Below are positions 53,733-64,000 of a stretch of DNA of 64,000 nucleotides, one piece after another. The notes beneath the pieces were generated by a model. That model did not search any database and was not told where the DNA came from. It saw only the letters and a program-made list of their open reading frames with translations. A program made the position numbers and the translations under genes. Positions within the stretch are counted from its first letter, which is position 1; each line of letters begins with the position of its first letter. This DNA is from Defluviitaleaceae bacterium (GTDB lineage: Bacteria; Bacillota; Clostridia; Lachnospirales; WRAX01), in NCBI GenBank assembly GCA_009779935.1, contig WRAX01000002.1:10772-74771 (forward strand), in the 5' to 3' direction.

Positions 53733-54737
53733 ATGAATAAACATGTGACCACTCCCATGTGGCCCAATATATTTATGCTTTCCATCCTTATTTTTTCCAT
53801 AATTGTTATGGCGGTTATTTTGCCCGTTGTTAGCTTTATGTTTTTCTTTACAACGGGGGAGGAGATGCGGATGCCCGCATGGGCGGGGCTTGTGCTGTCC
53901 CAGGCAGGCATAATTGGCATACCTTGTGCTGTTTATCTGCTTATCCACCGCAAAAACATTAGGGAAATTTTGCCAATGCGCAAGCTTGGCTGGCAAAATT
54001 GGTTGATGGTTATTGCCATGTCCATTGCGATTTACCCTGTGGTGCAACTGTTAAATGTGGCAACGGGTATGATTTTTGGCACACCCATACAAGATACTAT
54101 GGACGAGATTATGGGCACGGGCGGTATTTGGCTTATGCTTGCCCTTGTACCCATCCTTCCATCTATTTTTGAAGAGGTGGCTTTGCGTGGCATTGTTTTT
54201 GCGGGCTACCGCAAGGTTAAAATTTTTGCAGCCGCCATGGTAAATGGGCTGTTTTTTGGCATTCTGCATCAAAACTTTAACCAGTTTTCTTATGCTTTTT
54301 TGCTGGGTGTGTTTATGTGCTATTTTGCTTATTACACTAAGTCCATTTGGGCACCGGTTATTTCCCATGTGGTGATTAACACTATAGGCTCCATACTAAT
54401 GTTTGTAGTGTTTAACACAGATTGGTATGCTTTGGAAGCCGTGTACGACCCTTATGCAACGGCACCGCCTGATATGGTTGTGCATATTATAACATTTCTA
54501 ATTTTGGGCTTTATCGCTGTTGCATCGGCCGGGATTTTTATTGCGATTTATATAAAATTCCGCAACCACAACCTGCGCAGGAATGAGGCAGAAGGCATAA
54601 TTACCGACGAGCATGCTGCTGCCGTTAGTGCGGGCGAACCCATACCAAAAGTGTTTAATGTAAGTTTTTTGCTGGTATGTGTCACGGGTTTTACAGTGAT
54701 GATTGGTATGCAAATTTTGATGGCGGTGATGCTTTGA
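53733..54737 (+). CDS. CPBP (CAAX/Abi) intramembrane metalloprotease
   Basis: EEVALRG, FGILH, H..IN motifs. Confidence 0.9.
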   Translation: MNKHVTTPMWPNIFMLSILIFSIIVMAVILPVVSFMFFFTTGEEMRMPAWAGLVLSQAGIIGIPCAVYLLIHRKNIREILPMRKLGWQNWLMVIAMSIAIYPVVQLLNVATGMIFGTPIQDTMDEIMGTGGIWLMLALVPILPSIFEEVALRGIVFAGYRKVKIFAAAMVNGLFFGILHQNFNQFSYAFLLGVFMCYFAYYTKSIWAPVISHVVINTIGSILMFVVFNTDWYALEAVYDPYATAPPDMVVHIITFLILGFIAVASAGIFIAIYIKFRNHNLRRNEAEGIITDEHAAAVSAGEPIPKVFNVSFLLVCVTGFTVMIGMQILMAVML

Positions 54738-56170
54738 TGAAGTTTGTGGTAAGTGACAATATTTCCCATAACGATGTGCAGGTGATGGCGCAGGTGTTTT
54801 TCCATCACATAGGCTTTGATTTGGTGGAGAAAGTGCCGGCGGAGGGGCTTTGTCTTGCGGTGGAAAAGGTCCCTGACGGGGCTGTTTTTGCCGGGTTTTT
54901 TCAAAATGGGGCAATGATAAACCATGCCCAAACCCCGCCGAAAGGGGAGGGGGATAATGATGCAAAGCCTGTTGCATTGGCAATTTATCGGGTTTTATCC
55001 GCATTTACGGGTTATGTGCCGCCCTGGGGGCTGTTAACTGGTATACGCCCCGCAAAGCTGATAACGGCAGGCTTGGCCGCAGGTTTGACTAAGGAGCAAG
55101 CGGCGGTGGATATGACCGAGAGATATTTAGTGGACCCGGCAAAAGCCGCCCTTTGCGCTGATGTGGCGCAGGCGCAGGGCAAAATAATGGCAACAAGCCC
55201 GAAAAATGCCATAAGCATCTATATCGGCATACCCTTTTGCCCAACAATTTGCCATTATTGTAGCTTTTCAGCTTATCCGCTTGCCAAATTCCAAAACCGC
55301 ATGGATGGCTATATGGCGGCACTTATCAAGGAAATTAACTACCTTGGGCATATTAGCCAAGGAAAATTTGTGGAAAATATTTACATAGGCGGCGGTACGC
55401 CTACGTCCCTAAATGACAGGGATTTTGAATTGTTATTAACGGCAATTGCCCGCAATTTTAACGTAACAAAAGCCCTTGAATATACAGTGGAAGCCGGCCG
55501 CCCCGACACAATTACCCAAAATAAACTTGCCCTGATGAAAACCCATGGCGTTGCACGCATTTCCATAAACCCCCAAACGCTAAAACAGACCACACTAAAT
55601 AAAATAGGAAGAGGGCACAGTGTGGAAGATTTTTTTGAAAAGTATGCCATGGCACAACAAATGGGCTTTGACCACATTAATATCGACCTTATTTTAGGGC
55701 TGGATGGGGAAACCCCGCAAGATGTGGCACAAACCCTGGAAGGCATAACCGCCCTTGCCCCAAATTCTGTTACTGTACACACATTGGCAATAAAACGGGC
55801 ATCCAAATTACATGAAGATTTGCAAAGCCTTCCCAAAGCCGATTATGCAGATTTGGAACAGATGCTGACAATAACTGCACAAGCCATGAAAAACGCCGGG
55901 CTTGCCCCCTATTACCTTTATCGACAAAAAAAATCCCCGGGAAATTTTGAAAATGTGGGGTATAGCAAAGCGGGATACGAAGGGCGTTATAACATACATA
56001 TGATGGAGGAGCAACGCTCGGTTTATGCGGCGGGTTGCGGCTCCATCACCAAATTGGTGGATAATGCAAGCGGCAGGATTGACCGCATTGTAAACCTGCG
56101 TGGCTTAGATGAATACATAGCACGTATTGATGAGATGACCCGGCGAAAGGTGGTGGCGATAGGTGAATAG
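54737..56170 (+). CDS. hemZ: HemZ-type radical SAM protein (coproporphyrinogen dehydrogenase-like)
   Basis: PWGLLTGIRPAK, CPTICHYC, GGGTP, EAGRPD, PYYLYRQK. Confidence 0.9.
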   Translation: MKFVVSDNISHNDVQVMAQVFFHHIGFDLVEKVPAEGLCLAVEKVPDGAVFAGFFQNGAMINHAQTPPKGEGDNDAKPVALAIYRVLSAFTGYVPPWGLLTGIRPAKLITAGLAAGLTKEQAAVDMTERYLVDPAKAALCADVAQAQGKIMATSPKNAISIYIGIPFCPTICHYCSFSAYPLAKFQNRMDGYMAALIKEINYLGHISQGKFVENIYIGGGTPTSLNDRDFELLLTAIARNFNVTKALEYTVEAGRPDTITQNKLALMKTHGVARISINPQTLKQTTLNKIGRGHSVEDFFEKYAMAQQMGFDHINIDLILGLDGETPQDVAQTLEGITALAPNSVTVHTLAIKRASKLHEDLQSLPKADYADLEQMLTITAQAMKNAGLAPYYLYRQKKSPGNFENVGYSKAGYEGRYNIHMMEEQRSVYAAGCGSITKLVDNASGRIDRIVNLRGLDEYIARIDEMTRRKVVAIGE

Positions 56171-56675
56171 TGGATTTTCCACTTGCTTTTCGGGGCATCG
56201 CTTTGCCCCTTTTGATTGGACAAGTTCTTACGACGGGCATGTGTTTCAAATAATGCTGGCAAAAGCCGTAGAAGATGCCGTAAACGATGGTTGCAACTGC
56301 TTCTACAATGGCATGGCAATGGGTTTTGATATTATTGCCGCCGAGGTGGTAATTGCCCAAAAAGCCTATCATAACGCCAATGCGGCTTTGGTTAGCGTTA
56401 TCCCCTTCCGTGGGCAGGAAGCTAAGTGGACAAAGGCGTGGAAAGCCCGCCATGATGCAGTTTTGCAAGCTGCGGATGAGGTGATAATACTAAACGAAAG
56501 CTATGTAACCGGTTGCTACCACGAAAGAAACCGATACTTAGTGGACAATAGCCAACGGCTTATTGCTTTTTACAGCGGAAAAGCAGGCGGCACACAGCAT
56601 ACCTATGATTATGCAGAGGAAAAGGGGCTTAACATCATCAATCTTTGGGGGGAGGTGGCAGGCATTGGAAAATAA
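56163..56675 (+). CDS. SLOG-family protein (DUF1273/YspA-like)
   Basis: CFSGHR, GMAMGFD, IPF.GQ..W, RNRYLVD, GGT..T. Confidence 0.85.
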   Translation: MNSGFSTCFSGHRFAPFDWTSSYDGHVFQIMLAKAVEDAVNDGCNCFYNGMAMGFDIIAAEVVIAQKAYHNANAALVSVIPFRGQEAKWTKAWKARHDAVLQAADEVIILNESYVTGCYHERNRYLVDNSQRLIAFYSGKAGGTQHTYDYAEEKGLNIINLWGEVAGIGK

Positions 56676-57345
56676 ACGAATAGACTATAAAAAATATAAG
56701 TTAAACGTTAAAAAGAAATCCAAAGTGGGCAGCAAAGAGGATTTGGTAAAAATGGCAGCCCCCAAGGCGGCGCAAGTGTTGTATAATATTGTTACCATTG
56801 GCCCACGGCTTATTTTGCGCTCGGCCTTTCAGTTGTTGCGTGCCAATATTATCACCCGCATCCTGTCCGCTATTGTGCTGGTATCCATTGATACATATCT
56901 GTTTGTACGCAAGCGCATCTCCCTTAAACAATATCTGATAAATGTGGCATTGGCTGCACTTTTGCTTGTGGGGGGCACTGCCGGCTGGTATGCCGGGCAA
57001 AATGTGGGCTACATCCTGTTTCAAAACGCTGTAATTGGTATAATTGCAGGGGTTATTGGCGCAGGTGTTTTGGGCTTTGGTTTTGGTGCGGTTTTTGAAA
57101 AAATCATCGGCAAATTTGTAAAGGATGACACAGCGGATATGCTGGAAATTTGTAATGGCGTGTTTTGCAACCTTGCCGAAAAATATGACCTTACTGAGGA
57201 GCAGGCGGAAAAAGTTGTAGAAGCCCTTCAATTGGACCCGCCTACCATACGTAAAATGTATGCCAGCCCGGACAAAACCACCTTCGCCTGTGAGCTTATT
57301 GAGCCCTGTTTGAAAGAAATAATTTCGCCGCCCTGTCACAAATAG
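56665..57345 (+). CDS. Hypothetical membrane protein with glycine zipper
   Basis: TTG start after GGAGG; GG.AGW.AG..GIIAG.IG segment. Confidence 0.7.
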   Translation: MENKRIDYKKYKLNVKKKSKVGSKEDLVKMAAPKAAQVLYNIVTIGPRLILRSAFQLLRANIITRILSAIVLVSIDTYLFVRKRISLKQYLINVALAALLLVGGTAGWYAGQNVGYILFQNAVIGIIAGVIGAGVLGFGFGAVFEKIIGKFVKDDTADMLEICNGVFCNLAEKYDLTEEQAEKVVEALQLDPPTIRKMYASPDKTTFACELIEPCLKEIISPPCHK

Positions 57346-57397
57346 GGCGGCTTGCTCGTTATATAGGTATAATAACCGAAAGGGGGACGAAAAAGAA

Positions 57398-57925
57398 ATG
57401 GATATTTCAGCAAACGCAGATATGGCTGCCAAGATGGATTTAGAGCAGATGGTTGATAGCCACGGCGGAGCCATTCTGCGATATTGCCACCTGCTGCTAA
57501 GGGATTACCACGAAGCGCAGGATGTGGTGCAAACCACATTTATTAAGGTTTTTTATCATACCAAATACACGACCGACAACCTTTCCCCACTATTGCACAA
57601 AATCGCTTACAATCAGTGTATTGATGTACTTCGCAAACGCAAGCGGCTTTTTAGCTTTTTGGAAAAGGAAAAGCGGGAATTGCACCAGCATTATGAAATG
57701 GATGATGGCATTAGTGAGGAACTTAACAATGCCCTTGGTGCCTTAAAGCCTGACGACAGAGCATTGATAATAAGCCGGGTGGTAGGCGGCTTTGATTATG
57801 AGGAGTTAAGCCGAATTTACGGCCTACCCAGCACAACGCTACGTACAAGATACAGGCGTGCGAAAAAGAAATTAGCAGACGCATTACGTGAACAAGGATT
57901 TGGAGGTGGGGATGATGAGCGATAA
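57398..57925 (+). CDS. ECF RNA polymerase sigma factor
   Basis: AQDVVQTTF, IAYNQCIDVLRK, region 4 YEELS..TLRTRYRRAKKKL. Confidence 0.9.
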   Translation: MDISANADMAAKMDLEQMVDSHGGAILRYCHLLLRDYHEAQDVVQTTFIKVFYHTKYTTDNLSPLLHKIAYNQCIDVLRKRKRLFSFLEKEKRELHQHYEMDDGISEELNNALGALKPDDRALIISRVVGGFDYEELSRIYGLPSTTLRTRYRRAKKKLADALREQGFGGGDDER

Positions 57926-59963
57926 ACAAAACGTTTTAGACCAAAACACCTTAGACCAAGACGAAAAGCTGATTCAGAACGCCCTTGGCGGTGTAATGAC
58001 CCCGCAATTTGACATTTTGAAAGGGATTGAGGAAAAGATGAAACCAAAAAAATCAATTAAAAAAGGGCTTGCGGTTGCTTTTGCGGCAACGCTGGCACTG
58101 GGCACAACGGCATTTGCAGCCCAGCAAATGGGGGCTTTTGACCGCTTGCGTGGCATTGTGGGATATCAACACGCAAACACCCTAACCCCGCTGGAAATTG
58201 TTGCGCAACAGGATGATATGCTGTATGACGGCATAAGGGTGGAGCTTGTCGCCATTAACATGTCTGACCGCATTGGCGGCGGGCTTGATGTGTATTTTAC
58301 CCTGGAAGACACAAGGGGCAACCGCCTTGACGGGGATTTTAGTGTGGATACCGCAATTACACCTGTCGAGCATGGGCGCGGCACTTATGCAGGTACACAA
58401 ATCGTTAATCGTGATGGAAACGGGGTTGTAACCATGCGCACCAGCCGCCACCTTCCCATACCCGCAGAAGGGATGGAGCTAACCTTCTTCCTTAACGAAA
58501 TCACCTTCGAGGTGCAGGAAGAACAGTTTGTGCCAATGCCCATAAAACTGGCGGATTTCTTAGTGGAAGCCGACCGCATGATTTACCAAGAAGCCGAGCC
58601 CAACCCATGGGGAACAAGCCTGCAATTTGGAAATATAACAGATGTGAGCGACTTTGTAACACTTAACGAAAAATATACAAATCGTATTATTAATGAAGGT
58701 GTGCCTGTGCTTGCCCTTGGCAACCTTAACCACCCACTTGCCCCCCATTTTAACTTTGCCGATGCAAGGGCGCAAATATCCAGTGTTGGGCTGGTGGATG
58801 GCAATTTACATGTGCAAATTGCGCACCCCACACGCCGTTCGTTGGAAGAGGCGGGATGGGAAGGCTTCTCACACGTTTCCCTGTTTAGAGGGACTGCGGA
58901 AGAGTTAAGCCACCTGCGTAATGCAAGGCAAGCCCAAATTGATGCAGGCTACCAGCCATGGGAAATTGACAGCCAAGAACTTTGGGAGCGCACACAAAAT
59001 GCTGATGTAAATATCGCTTTTTATTCGGATGGACTGGGTAATGCCTTCAAATTAAACACTTGGGGGGTGGATGAAAACCAACACACATATTATCGCCATG
59101 ACCCCCGTGCATACACTGGTTTTAGGGTGGATGAACACATTTTCCGCCTCGACCTAAACAATATTGATGATTATATTTTAATTGCACGGACATTTAGCTA
59201 CCAAACCTTGCCCGTGGGCTGGAATGTCACATTCCACGCCGAGCCGCCGGCTATCCAAATGGCGGATGGGGCAATGGCCATGGAAGAAGCGGCACTGCTT
59301 GGCATCCAATATATTTACGATGTATTTGGCGAAAATGTTGACGATATGTATTTGGTAATGCAATATATGGATTGCTGGTTAGTGGAAGGCAGAGGCATTT
59401 GGATGGGCAGTGCTGCACTTGGGGCGGATGCGCCAGCCAGCCAAAATGTGGTAATGCTTTCCCCTGGTGATAGCTGGCAGTGGGGTGTTGCGCCCTTCTT
59501 CTTCAAAATCGATGCCGCCACAGGTGAAAGGTTGGAAATTGCCTATCATCCGGTGGATGCGCCCGCCAGCTTTGTCGCCCATGATACACAACCCCTATGG
59601 GAATCCCCCCAAGGGCAAGCCATATTAGCCATGAGCAATGAAGAATTGGCAGAATTTGTAGGTCTTACACAAGAACAGCTGGATACCTACAAAAAAGAAG
59701 TGGCGGAGATTGCGCAGGCGCATTTTAACAACAGCACCCTGCAAAGCGTACGGTTGGGCAGAATTATATCCACACCAAGCGGATATGAGGAGTTGCAAGG
59801 CATAAATGTGCTGGTGGACACCGATGAAAACGGCGATATTACCGCTACCCGCATAGGTTTAGTATTTACCGCCACCGACCATACAGGCAGAACAGTTACA
59901 ATAAATTTGGATGAATTTCACAAGGGCTATCGTTCCATTCGTATTTGGCAGTGCATCACATAA
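57912..59963 (+). CDS. Putative anti-sigma factor with large extracellular region (DUF4179-like)
   Basis: Coupled to ECF gene; short cytoplasmic part, TM helix ending TTAFAA, then DGIRVEL..YFTLED. Confidence 0.7.
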   Translation: MMSDKQNVLDQNTLDQDEKLIQNALGGVMTPQFDILKGIEEKMKPKKSIKKGLAVAFAATLALGTTAFAAQQMGAFDRLRGIVGYQHANTLTPLEIVAQQDDMLYDGIRVELVAINMSDRIGGGLDVYFTLEDTRGNRLDGDFSVDTAITPVEHGRGTYAGTQIVNRDGNGVVTMRTSRHLPIPAEGMELTFFLNEITFEVQEEQFVPMPIKLADFLVEADRMIYQEAEPNPWGTSLQFGNITDVSDFVTLNEKYTNRIINEGVPVLALGNLNHPLAPHFNFADARAQISSVGLVDGNLHVQIAHPTRRSLEEAGWEGFSHVSLFRGTAEELSHLRNARQAQIDAGYQPWEIDSQELWERTQNADVNIAFYSDGLGNAFKLNTWGVDENQHTYYRHDPRAYTGFRVDEHIFRLDLNNIDDYILIARTFSYQTLPVGWNVTFHAEPPAIQMADGAMAMEEAALLGIQYIYDVFGENVDDMYLVMQYMDCWLVEGRGIWMGSAALGADAPASQNVVMLSPGDSWQWGVAPFFFKIDAATGERLEIAYHPVDAPASFVAHDTQPLWESPQGQAILAMSNEELAEFVGLTQEQLDTYKKEVAEIAQAHFNNSTLQSVRLGRIISTPSGYEELQGINVLVDTDENGDITATRIGLVFTATDHTGRTVTINLDEFHKGYRSIRIWQCIT

Positions 59964-60000
59964 CAAAAAGGGCGGCCATGTGTGGCCGCCCTTTTTGTTT
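59962..60000. terminator. Bidirectional intrinsic terminator
   Basis: AACAAAAAGGGCGGCCA / TGGCCGCCCTTTTTGTT. Confidence 0.9.
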
Positions 60001-60006
60001 GGTTTA

Positions 60007-60849
60007 TTATCTTCCATGATTAAATGCCTGCATAACAGCACTTTGCATCTGTTGCTCATAATTGCGGTTGCCGTTGTGGGTGCGTGATTGGTAGAAATGC
60101 AAACACATATGCCCGCCAAAATTATTGTTGTGGATGGTGGAGCCCCCATGGGGCATGGTGTTAATGGCGGCTGCAAAGGTGCGTCCGTTCCAAGTGACCA
60201 ATACGGGGCGGGAATCCCAAGACCATCTACCGACGATACTGCGCATAATTTCCGTATCAGCGGCGGTTAGCGGCTCCACATCTGCATGGTTGCCATTGGA
60301 AAAGTTGCGTACGGTAAATGTGCGCCCGCTCCAAATATCATAAACTTGGATATGGGTGTGCATTGGTAAAATACCATTGTTGCGAATATCCCACCAGCTT
60401 ACAAGTTCCACATTGCCGTTTCTTTGCACATATGCTGTTGTATGGGTGGTGGGTGCTGATGTTGCATTTTGTGGTGCTGCCTGTGCCTGTGCGGCGGTGG
60501 CAGGGATTATGTAATTTGTTGCGGCATATCCTCGCAAATCCCCTAAAATGATAGGGTTAAACAGGCTGTAAGGGTTAAAACTGGGCACTTCCACAATTGT
60601 ACCTGCGGGCATTACCAAAATAATATCATGGTTAGTGGAAGGGCCGCTGCGTAAACGCAAAGGGTCGGTTGTGCGGAATTTTTGTGGTTGTTCAAACTCC
60701 TCCGCATATTCATTTCCTATGTAAAAGTTGTAATAATCGTACTCATCCGCCAGTGCGGTTTGTGCCGTTGCTGCCATTATGGTAAGCGATGCGGCAGCGG
60801 CCGCAAAATATTTCATTTTCTTTACAAATTTTGTCTTTTGTTTTGTCAT
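60007..60849 (-). CDS. Secreted SH3b-domain cell-wall protein
   Basis: Signal peptide, LRLRSGPST SH3b motif, C-terminal NHADVEPLT..W.W..RP..HG..GHMCLHF domain. Confidence 0.8.
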   Translation of the reverse strand: MTKQKTKFVKKMKYFAAAAASLTIMAATAQTALADEYDYYNFYIGNEYAEEFEQPQKFRTTDPLRLRSGPSTNHDIILVMPAGTIVEVPSFNPYSLFNPIILGDLRGYAATNYIIPATAAQAQAAPQNATSAPTTHTTAYVQRNGNVELVSWWDIRNNGILPMHTHIQVYDIWSGRTFTVRNFSNGNHADVEPLTAADTEIMRSIVGRWSWDSRPVLVTWNGRTFAAAINTMPHGGSTIHNNNFGGHMCLHFYQSRTHNGNRNYEQQMQSAVMQAFNHGR

Positions 60850-61030
60850 AATTTCCCTCTTCCGGCAGTATTTGTCATATTTGTAAGGTAATTGTTAATA
60901 TTTCGTAAAAGCTACTGGGGATATTTTAATACTTTTGTAACATCTTGTCAAGACTTTTTTTCAAATTTCTTCAAATTTTTTTTGCGGTTCCAAAGGTGAT
61001 TATTTTTTACAAAAAAATTTCAAAAAAAGC

Positions 61031-61059
61031 TTGACAAAGGTTGGAAGGTGTTGTAAAAT
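61031..61059 (+). promoter_or_regulatory. sigmaA promoter of the S10 operon
   Basis: TTGACA-17-TAAAAT preceded by A-tract UP element. Confidence 0.8.
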
Positions 61060-61064
61060 GGATA

Positions 61065-61320
61065 AATGTGTGCAACATCTAAGCGATGAAGCGGGAGGTT
61101 GCTGATGGCTTTGCTATCAGGTTTTTCCGTGGAGCGATTTGGGCTAATCCCGAGCGGTGTTTGCGCTGTGCAACGGTTTTATTTTGCAAAATGCAATATG
61201 AAACACTCGGTTGCGTGTGCGCCTAACAATCCTTCGGTAAGCCAATGCTGCTTGATGTTTAACAACATTGGTTATTAAGGAAGGGTTTTTTTATACCCAC
61301 AAGATTTAAGAATGAAGGAG
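61065..61320 (+). ncRNA. S10 (rpsJ) operon leader RNA
   Basis: ~260-nt 5' UTR with GATGAAG..GAGGTTGC...TTTCCG.GGAG, as recalled for Bacillota rpsJ leaders. Confidence 0.55.
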
Positions 61321-61328
61321 GTTGTAAA

Positions 61329-61646
61329 GTGGCCGACAAAAGCAACAAAATCCGTATCTGCCTAAAAGCGTATGACCATAAGATTATCGATGCTTCTGTG
61401 GTGCAAATTATTGATGCCGCCAAGAAAAATGGTGCAGAGGTAAAGGGGCCAATCCCCATGCCCACAAAGCGTGAAGTTATCACCATCCTACGCTCTGTCC
61501 ACAAACACAAGGACAGCCGTGAGCAGTTTGAGCAACGTACCCACAAGCGTCTTATCGACATTTTAGGAACAACACCAAAACTTGTTGATGCACTTGCCCG
61601 TTTGGACTTACCTGAAGGTGTGGGCATCACAGTAAAAACAATGTAA
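61329..61646 (+). CDS. rpsJ: 30S ribosomal protein S10
   Basis: [26 protein letters not shown]. Confidence 0.98.
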   Translation: MADKSNKIRICLKAYDHKIIDASVVQIIDAAKKNGAEVKGPIPMPTKREVITILRSVHKHKDSREQFEQRTHKRLIDILGTTPKLVDALARLDLPEGVGITVKTM

Positions 61647-61709
61647 ATTAATTTCATGAATCTCTTCCATAACTAATGGGGGACATTCCGCTGAGGAGGA
61701 AGTTTATAA

Positions 61710-62360
61710 ATGATGAAAAAAGCGATTTTAGCCAGAAAAATCGGCATGACGCAAGTTTTTGCGGAAAATGGCGAAGTTGTGGCTGTTACTGTTTTGGAGG
61801 CGGGGCCATGCTCTGTCATCCAAAAAAAGACAATGGAAAATGATGGTTACGAGGCCATAAAAGTAGGCTTTAAGGATGCCCGTGTAAATGTGCGTGGCAA
61901 TGCTTACCTTAATAAGCCTGACAAAGGGCAGTTTGACAAAGCCAAGGTAGGCTACAAAAAGTTTATCAAAGAATATCGCCTTGAAGATACCGGCGGCTAC
62001 GAAGTTGGGCAGGAATATAAAGCTGACATCTTTGAAGCCGGTGATAAAGTGGATATCAGTGGCGTTTCCAAGGGTAAAGGCTTCCAAGGCGCAATCCGCC
62101 GCCATGGTTTTAGCCGTGGCCCCGAAACCCATGGTTCTAAGCACCATCGTGCTGTTGGTTCTGTTGGCCAAGGTACTTGGCCCGGCGAAACCTACAAAGG
62201 GCGTAAAATGGCAGGCCATATGGGCAACAAAAAAGTTACCACTGCAAACCTTGCCGTGGTTAAGGTAGATGCAGAGCGCAACCTGATTTTGGTAAAAGGC
62301 GCAGTGCCCGGGCCAAAGGGCGGCCTTGTAAGCATTAAAAATACAACGAAGAATAAATAG
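61710..62360 (+). CDS. rplC: 50S ribosomal protein L3
   Basis: [28 protein letters not shown]. Confidence 0.98.
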   Translation: MMKKAILARKIGMTQVFAENGEVVAVTVLEAGPCSVIQKKTMENDGYEAIKVGFKDARVNVRGNAYLNKPDKGQFDKAKVGYKKFIKEYRLEDTGGYEVGQEYKADIFEAGDKVDISGVSKGKGFQGAIRRHGFSRGPETHGSKHHRAVGSVGQGTWPGETYKGRKMAGHMGNKKVTTANLAVVKVDAERNLILVKGAVPGPKGGLVSIKNTTKNK

Positions 62361-62384
62361 TAATTTTGGAAAGGAGGAATTATC

Positions 62385-63005
62385 GTGGCAAGTGTTGATA
62401 TGTACAAAATGGACGGCAGCAAGGCCGGCACAATTGAATTGAATGATGAGATTTTTAATATCGAACCCCATGACGATGTGGTGCATCAAGCAGTTGTGCT
62501 GTATCTGGCAAACCAACGTCAGGGCACACAATCCGCTAAAACCCGTGCAGAAGTGCGTGGCGGCGGTGCAAAGCCAAGGCCGCAAAAGGGTACCGGTCGC
62601 TCTCGTCAGGGCACCACACGTGCGCCCCAGTGGACGGGCGGCGGCGTGGTATTTGCCCCAAAACCACGGGATTACAGCTTTAAGCTTAACAAGAAAGTTA
62701 AACGTCTTGCGATGAAATCTGCTTTGTCCAGCAAGTTGCGTGCCGGCAAAATCCTGGTTGTGGACGAGCTTAAAATGAGCGAAGTCAAAACCAAAGAAAT
62801 GGCAAAGGTGCTTGGGAACCTTAAAGCTGTTAAGCCCCTTATCATAATGGGTGAAAACAGCAATAAAGAGGTGCTGAGCGCAAGAAATATCCCGGGTGCA
62901 AAAACCAGCGGCATAAACACCATTAATGTTTACGATATCTTAAAGCATGATAATTTGGTGATAACCAAAGAAGCCGTTGAAAAGATACAGGAGGTGTATG
63001 CGTAA
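62385..63005 (+). CDS. rplD: 50S ribosomal protein L4
   Basis: RQGTQSAKTRAEVRGGG.KP..QKGTGR. Confidence 0.98.
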   Translation: MASVDMYKMDGSKAGTIELNDEIFNIEPHDDVVHQAVVLYLANQRQGTQSAKTRAEVRGGGAKPRPQKGTGRSRQGTTRAPQWTGGGVVFAPKPRDYSFKLNKKVKRLAMKSALSSKLRAGKILVVDELKMSEVKTKEMAKVLGNLKAVKPLIIMGENSNKEVLSARNIPGAKTSGINTINVYDILKHDNLVITKEAVEKIQEVYA

Positions 63006-63307
63006 TGGCAGACCTTAAATATTACGACATTATCCAAAAGCCCGTTATTACGGAAAAATCCATGAACGAGATGGCGGATAGAAAATACTACTTCTATGTG
63101 CACCCCAGTGCCACCAAAAACCAAGTGCGTGAAGCCGTTGAAAAGATGTTTGAAGGCACAAAGGTTGAAAAGGTGAACACCATGAATGTGGGCGGCAAGC
63201 GCAAGCGCACAAGAAGCTTCAAATACGGCAAAACAGCCGACCGTAAAAAGGCGATTGTTAAATTAACTGCGGAAAGCAAGGAAATCGAGCTTTTCCAAGG
63301 CATGTAA
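63005..63307 (+). CDS. rplW: 50S ribosomal protein L23
   Basis: PVITEKS, KVNTMN, KKAIVKL. Confidence 0.97.
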   Translation: MADLKYYDIIQKPVITEKSMNEMADRKYYFYVHPSATKNQVREAVEKMFEGTKVEKVNTMNVGGKRKRTRSFKYGKTADRKKAIVKLTAESKEIELFQGM

Positions 63308-63321
63308 AGGATGTGAAATAA

Positions 63322-64000
63322 TTGGGAATTAGAAGATATAGACCCATTACCCCCTCCCGCCGCCACATGACCAGCTTGGATTTTTCGGAGATAACAACCA
63401 ATAAGCCCGAAAAGTCCCTTACTGTGCATTTGAAGAAATATTCGGGGCGCAACAACCAGGGTAAAATAACCGTGCGCCACCGTGGCGGTGGCCATAAGGT
63501 AAAATACCGTATTATCGATTTTAAGCGTTTTAAGGATGATATCCCTGCAACGGTTAAAACCATTGAGTATGACCCGAACCGCACAGCAAACATTGCATTG
63601 CTTGCTTATGCAGACGGGGAAAAGCGTTATATCATCGCCCCTGCCGGCTTAAAAGTAGGCGACAAGCTGATGAATGGCCCAAATGCGGAAATCCATGTAG
63701 GTAACTGTTTGCCAATGGTAAACATCCCATTGGGCTCCACCATTCACAATATTGAGATGAAGCCCGGTAAAGGTGCGCAAATGGTACGTTCTGCCGGCGG
63801 TTCTGCTCAACTGATGGCGCGTGAGGGTAAATATGCCACCGTGCGTCTACCATCCGGCGAAACCCGCATGGTGCCTGTAAATTGCCGTGCAACCCTTGGG
63901 GCAATCGGCAACAGTGACCATGAGCTTGTTAAGATTGGTAAAGCCGGACGCAAACGCCATATGGGCATCCGCCCAACGGTGCGTGGTTCTGTAATGAACC
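63322..64000 (+). CDS. rplB: 50S ribosomal protein L2 (runs off window end)
   Basis: TTG start [49 protein letters not shown]. Confidence 0.97.
   Translation, partial: MGIRRYRPITPSRRHMTSLDFSEITTNKPEKSLTVHLKKYSGRNNQGKITVRHRGGGHKVKYRIIDFKRFKDDIPATVKTIEYDPNRTANIALLAYADGEKRYIIAPAGLKVGDKLMNGPNAEIHVGNCLPMVNIPLGSTIHNIEMKPGKGAQMVRSAGGSAQLMAREGKYATVRLPSGETRMVPVNCRATLGAIGNSDHELVKIGKAGRKRHMGIRPTVRGSVMN

Noticed and set aside
56163-56675. SLOG protein as part of a defence system
   Set aside because: Stand-alone DUF1273-type gene coupled to hemZ with no TIR, sirtuin or nuclease partner
61081-61300. T-box riboswitch (AAGCGATGAAG start)
   Set aside because: No T-box AAGGTGGTACC-type antiterminator; the position fits an rpsJ leader
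41475-62585. Long antisense ORFs (e.g. 41475-42350, 56701-57474, 61728-62585)
   Set aside because: Shadow frames opposite well-supported genes

Overview
A 64-kb chromosomal segment of a spore-forming-type Clostridia (Bacillota) bacterium. The gene order suggests a Lachnospirales-like lineage; this is inference. Most of it is housekeeping: nth, lgt, polA-coaE, recD2-comF, topB, a nusA-ylxR-ylxQ-infB-rbfA-nrnA-truB-ribF operon that lacks rimP, and the start of the S10 ribosomal protein operon. It also holds a branched-chain amino-acid oxidation operon (ptb, buk, Leu dehydrogenase, four 2-oxoacid:ferredoxin oxidoreductase subunits), peptidases, transporters and an ECF/anti-sigma pair. Most unusual: (1) a transposase-free 2.1-kb element (9847-11960) with 36-bp inverted ends, carrying an M3 peptidase and a structured leader that I recall resembling clostridial IS110 non-coding ends; (2) two TATA-ended ~150-165-bp hairpin elements (1887, 51975) with a shared covarying core but unrelated outer stems; (3) an operon pairing a GAF-GGDEF cyclase with a pseudokinase-STAND NTPase-TPR-GAF-GGDEF protein; (4) an apparent ATC start for ptb, a kinase-less ribF, and repeated insertion of orphan or decayed genes inside conserved operons. 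No CRISPR array, rRNA or tRNA was seen. Family calls are from motif recognition only; no searches were run.
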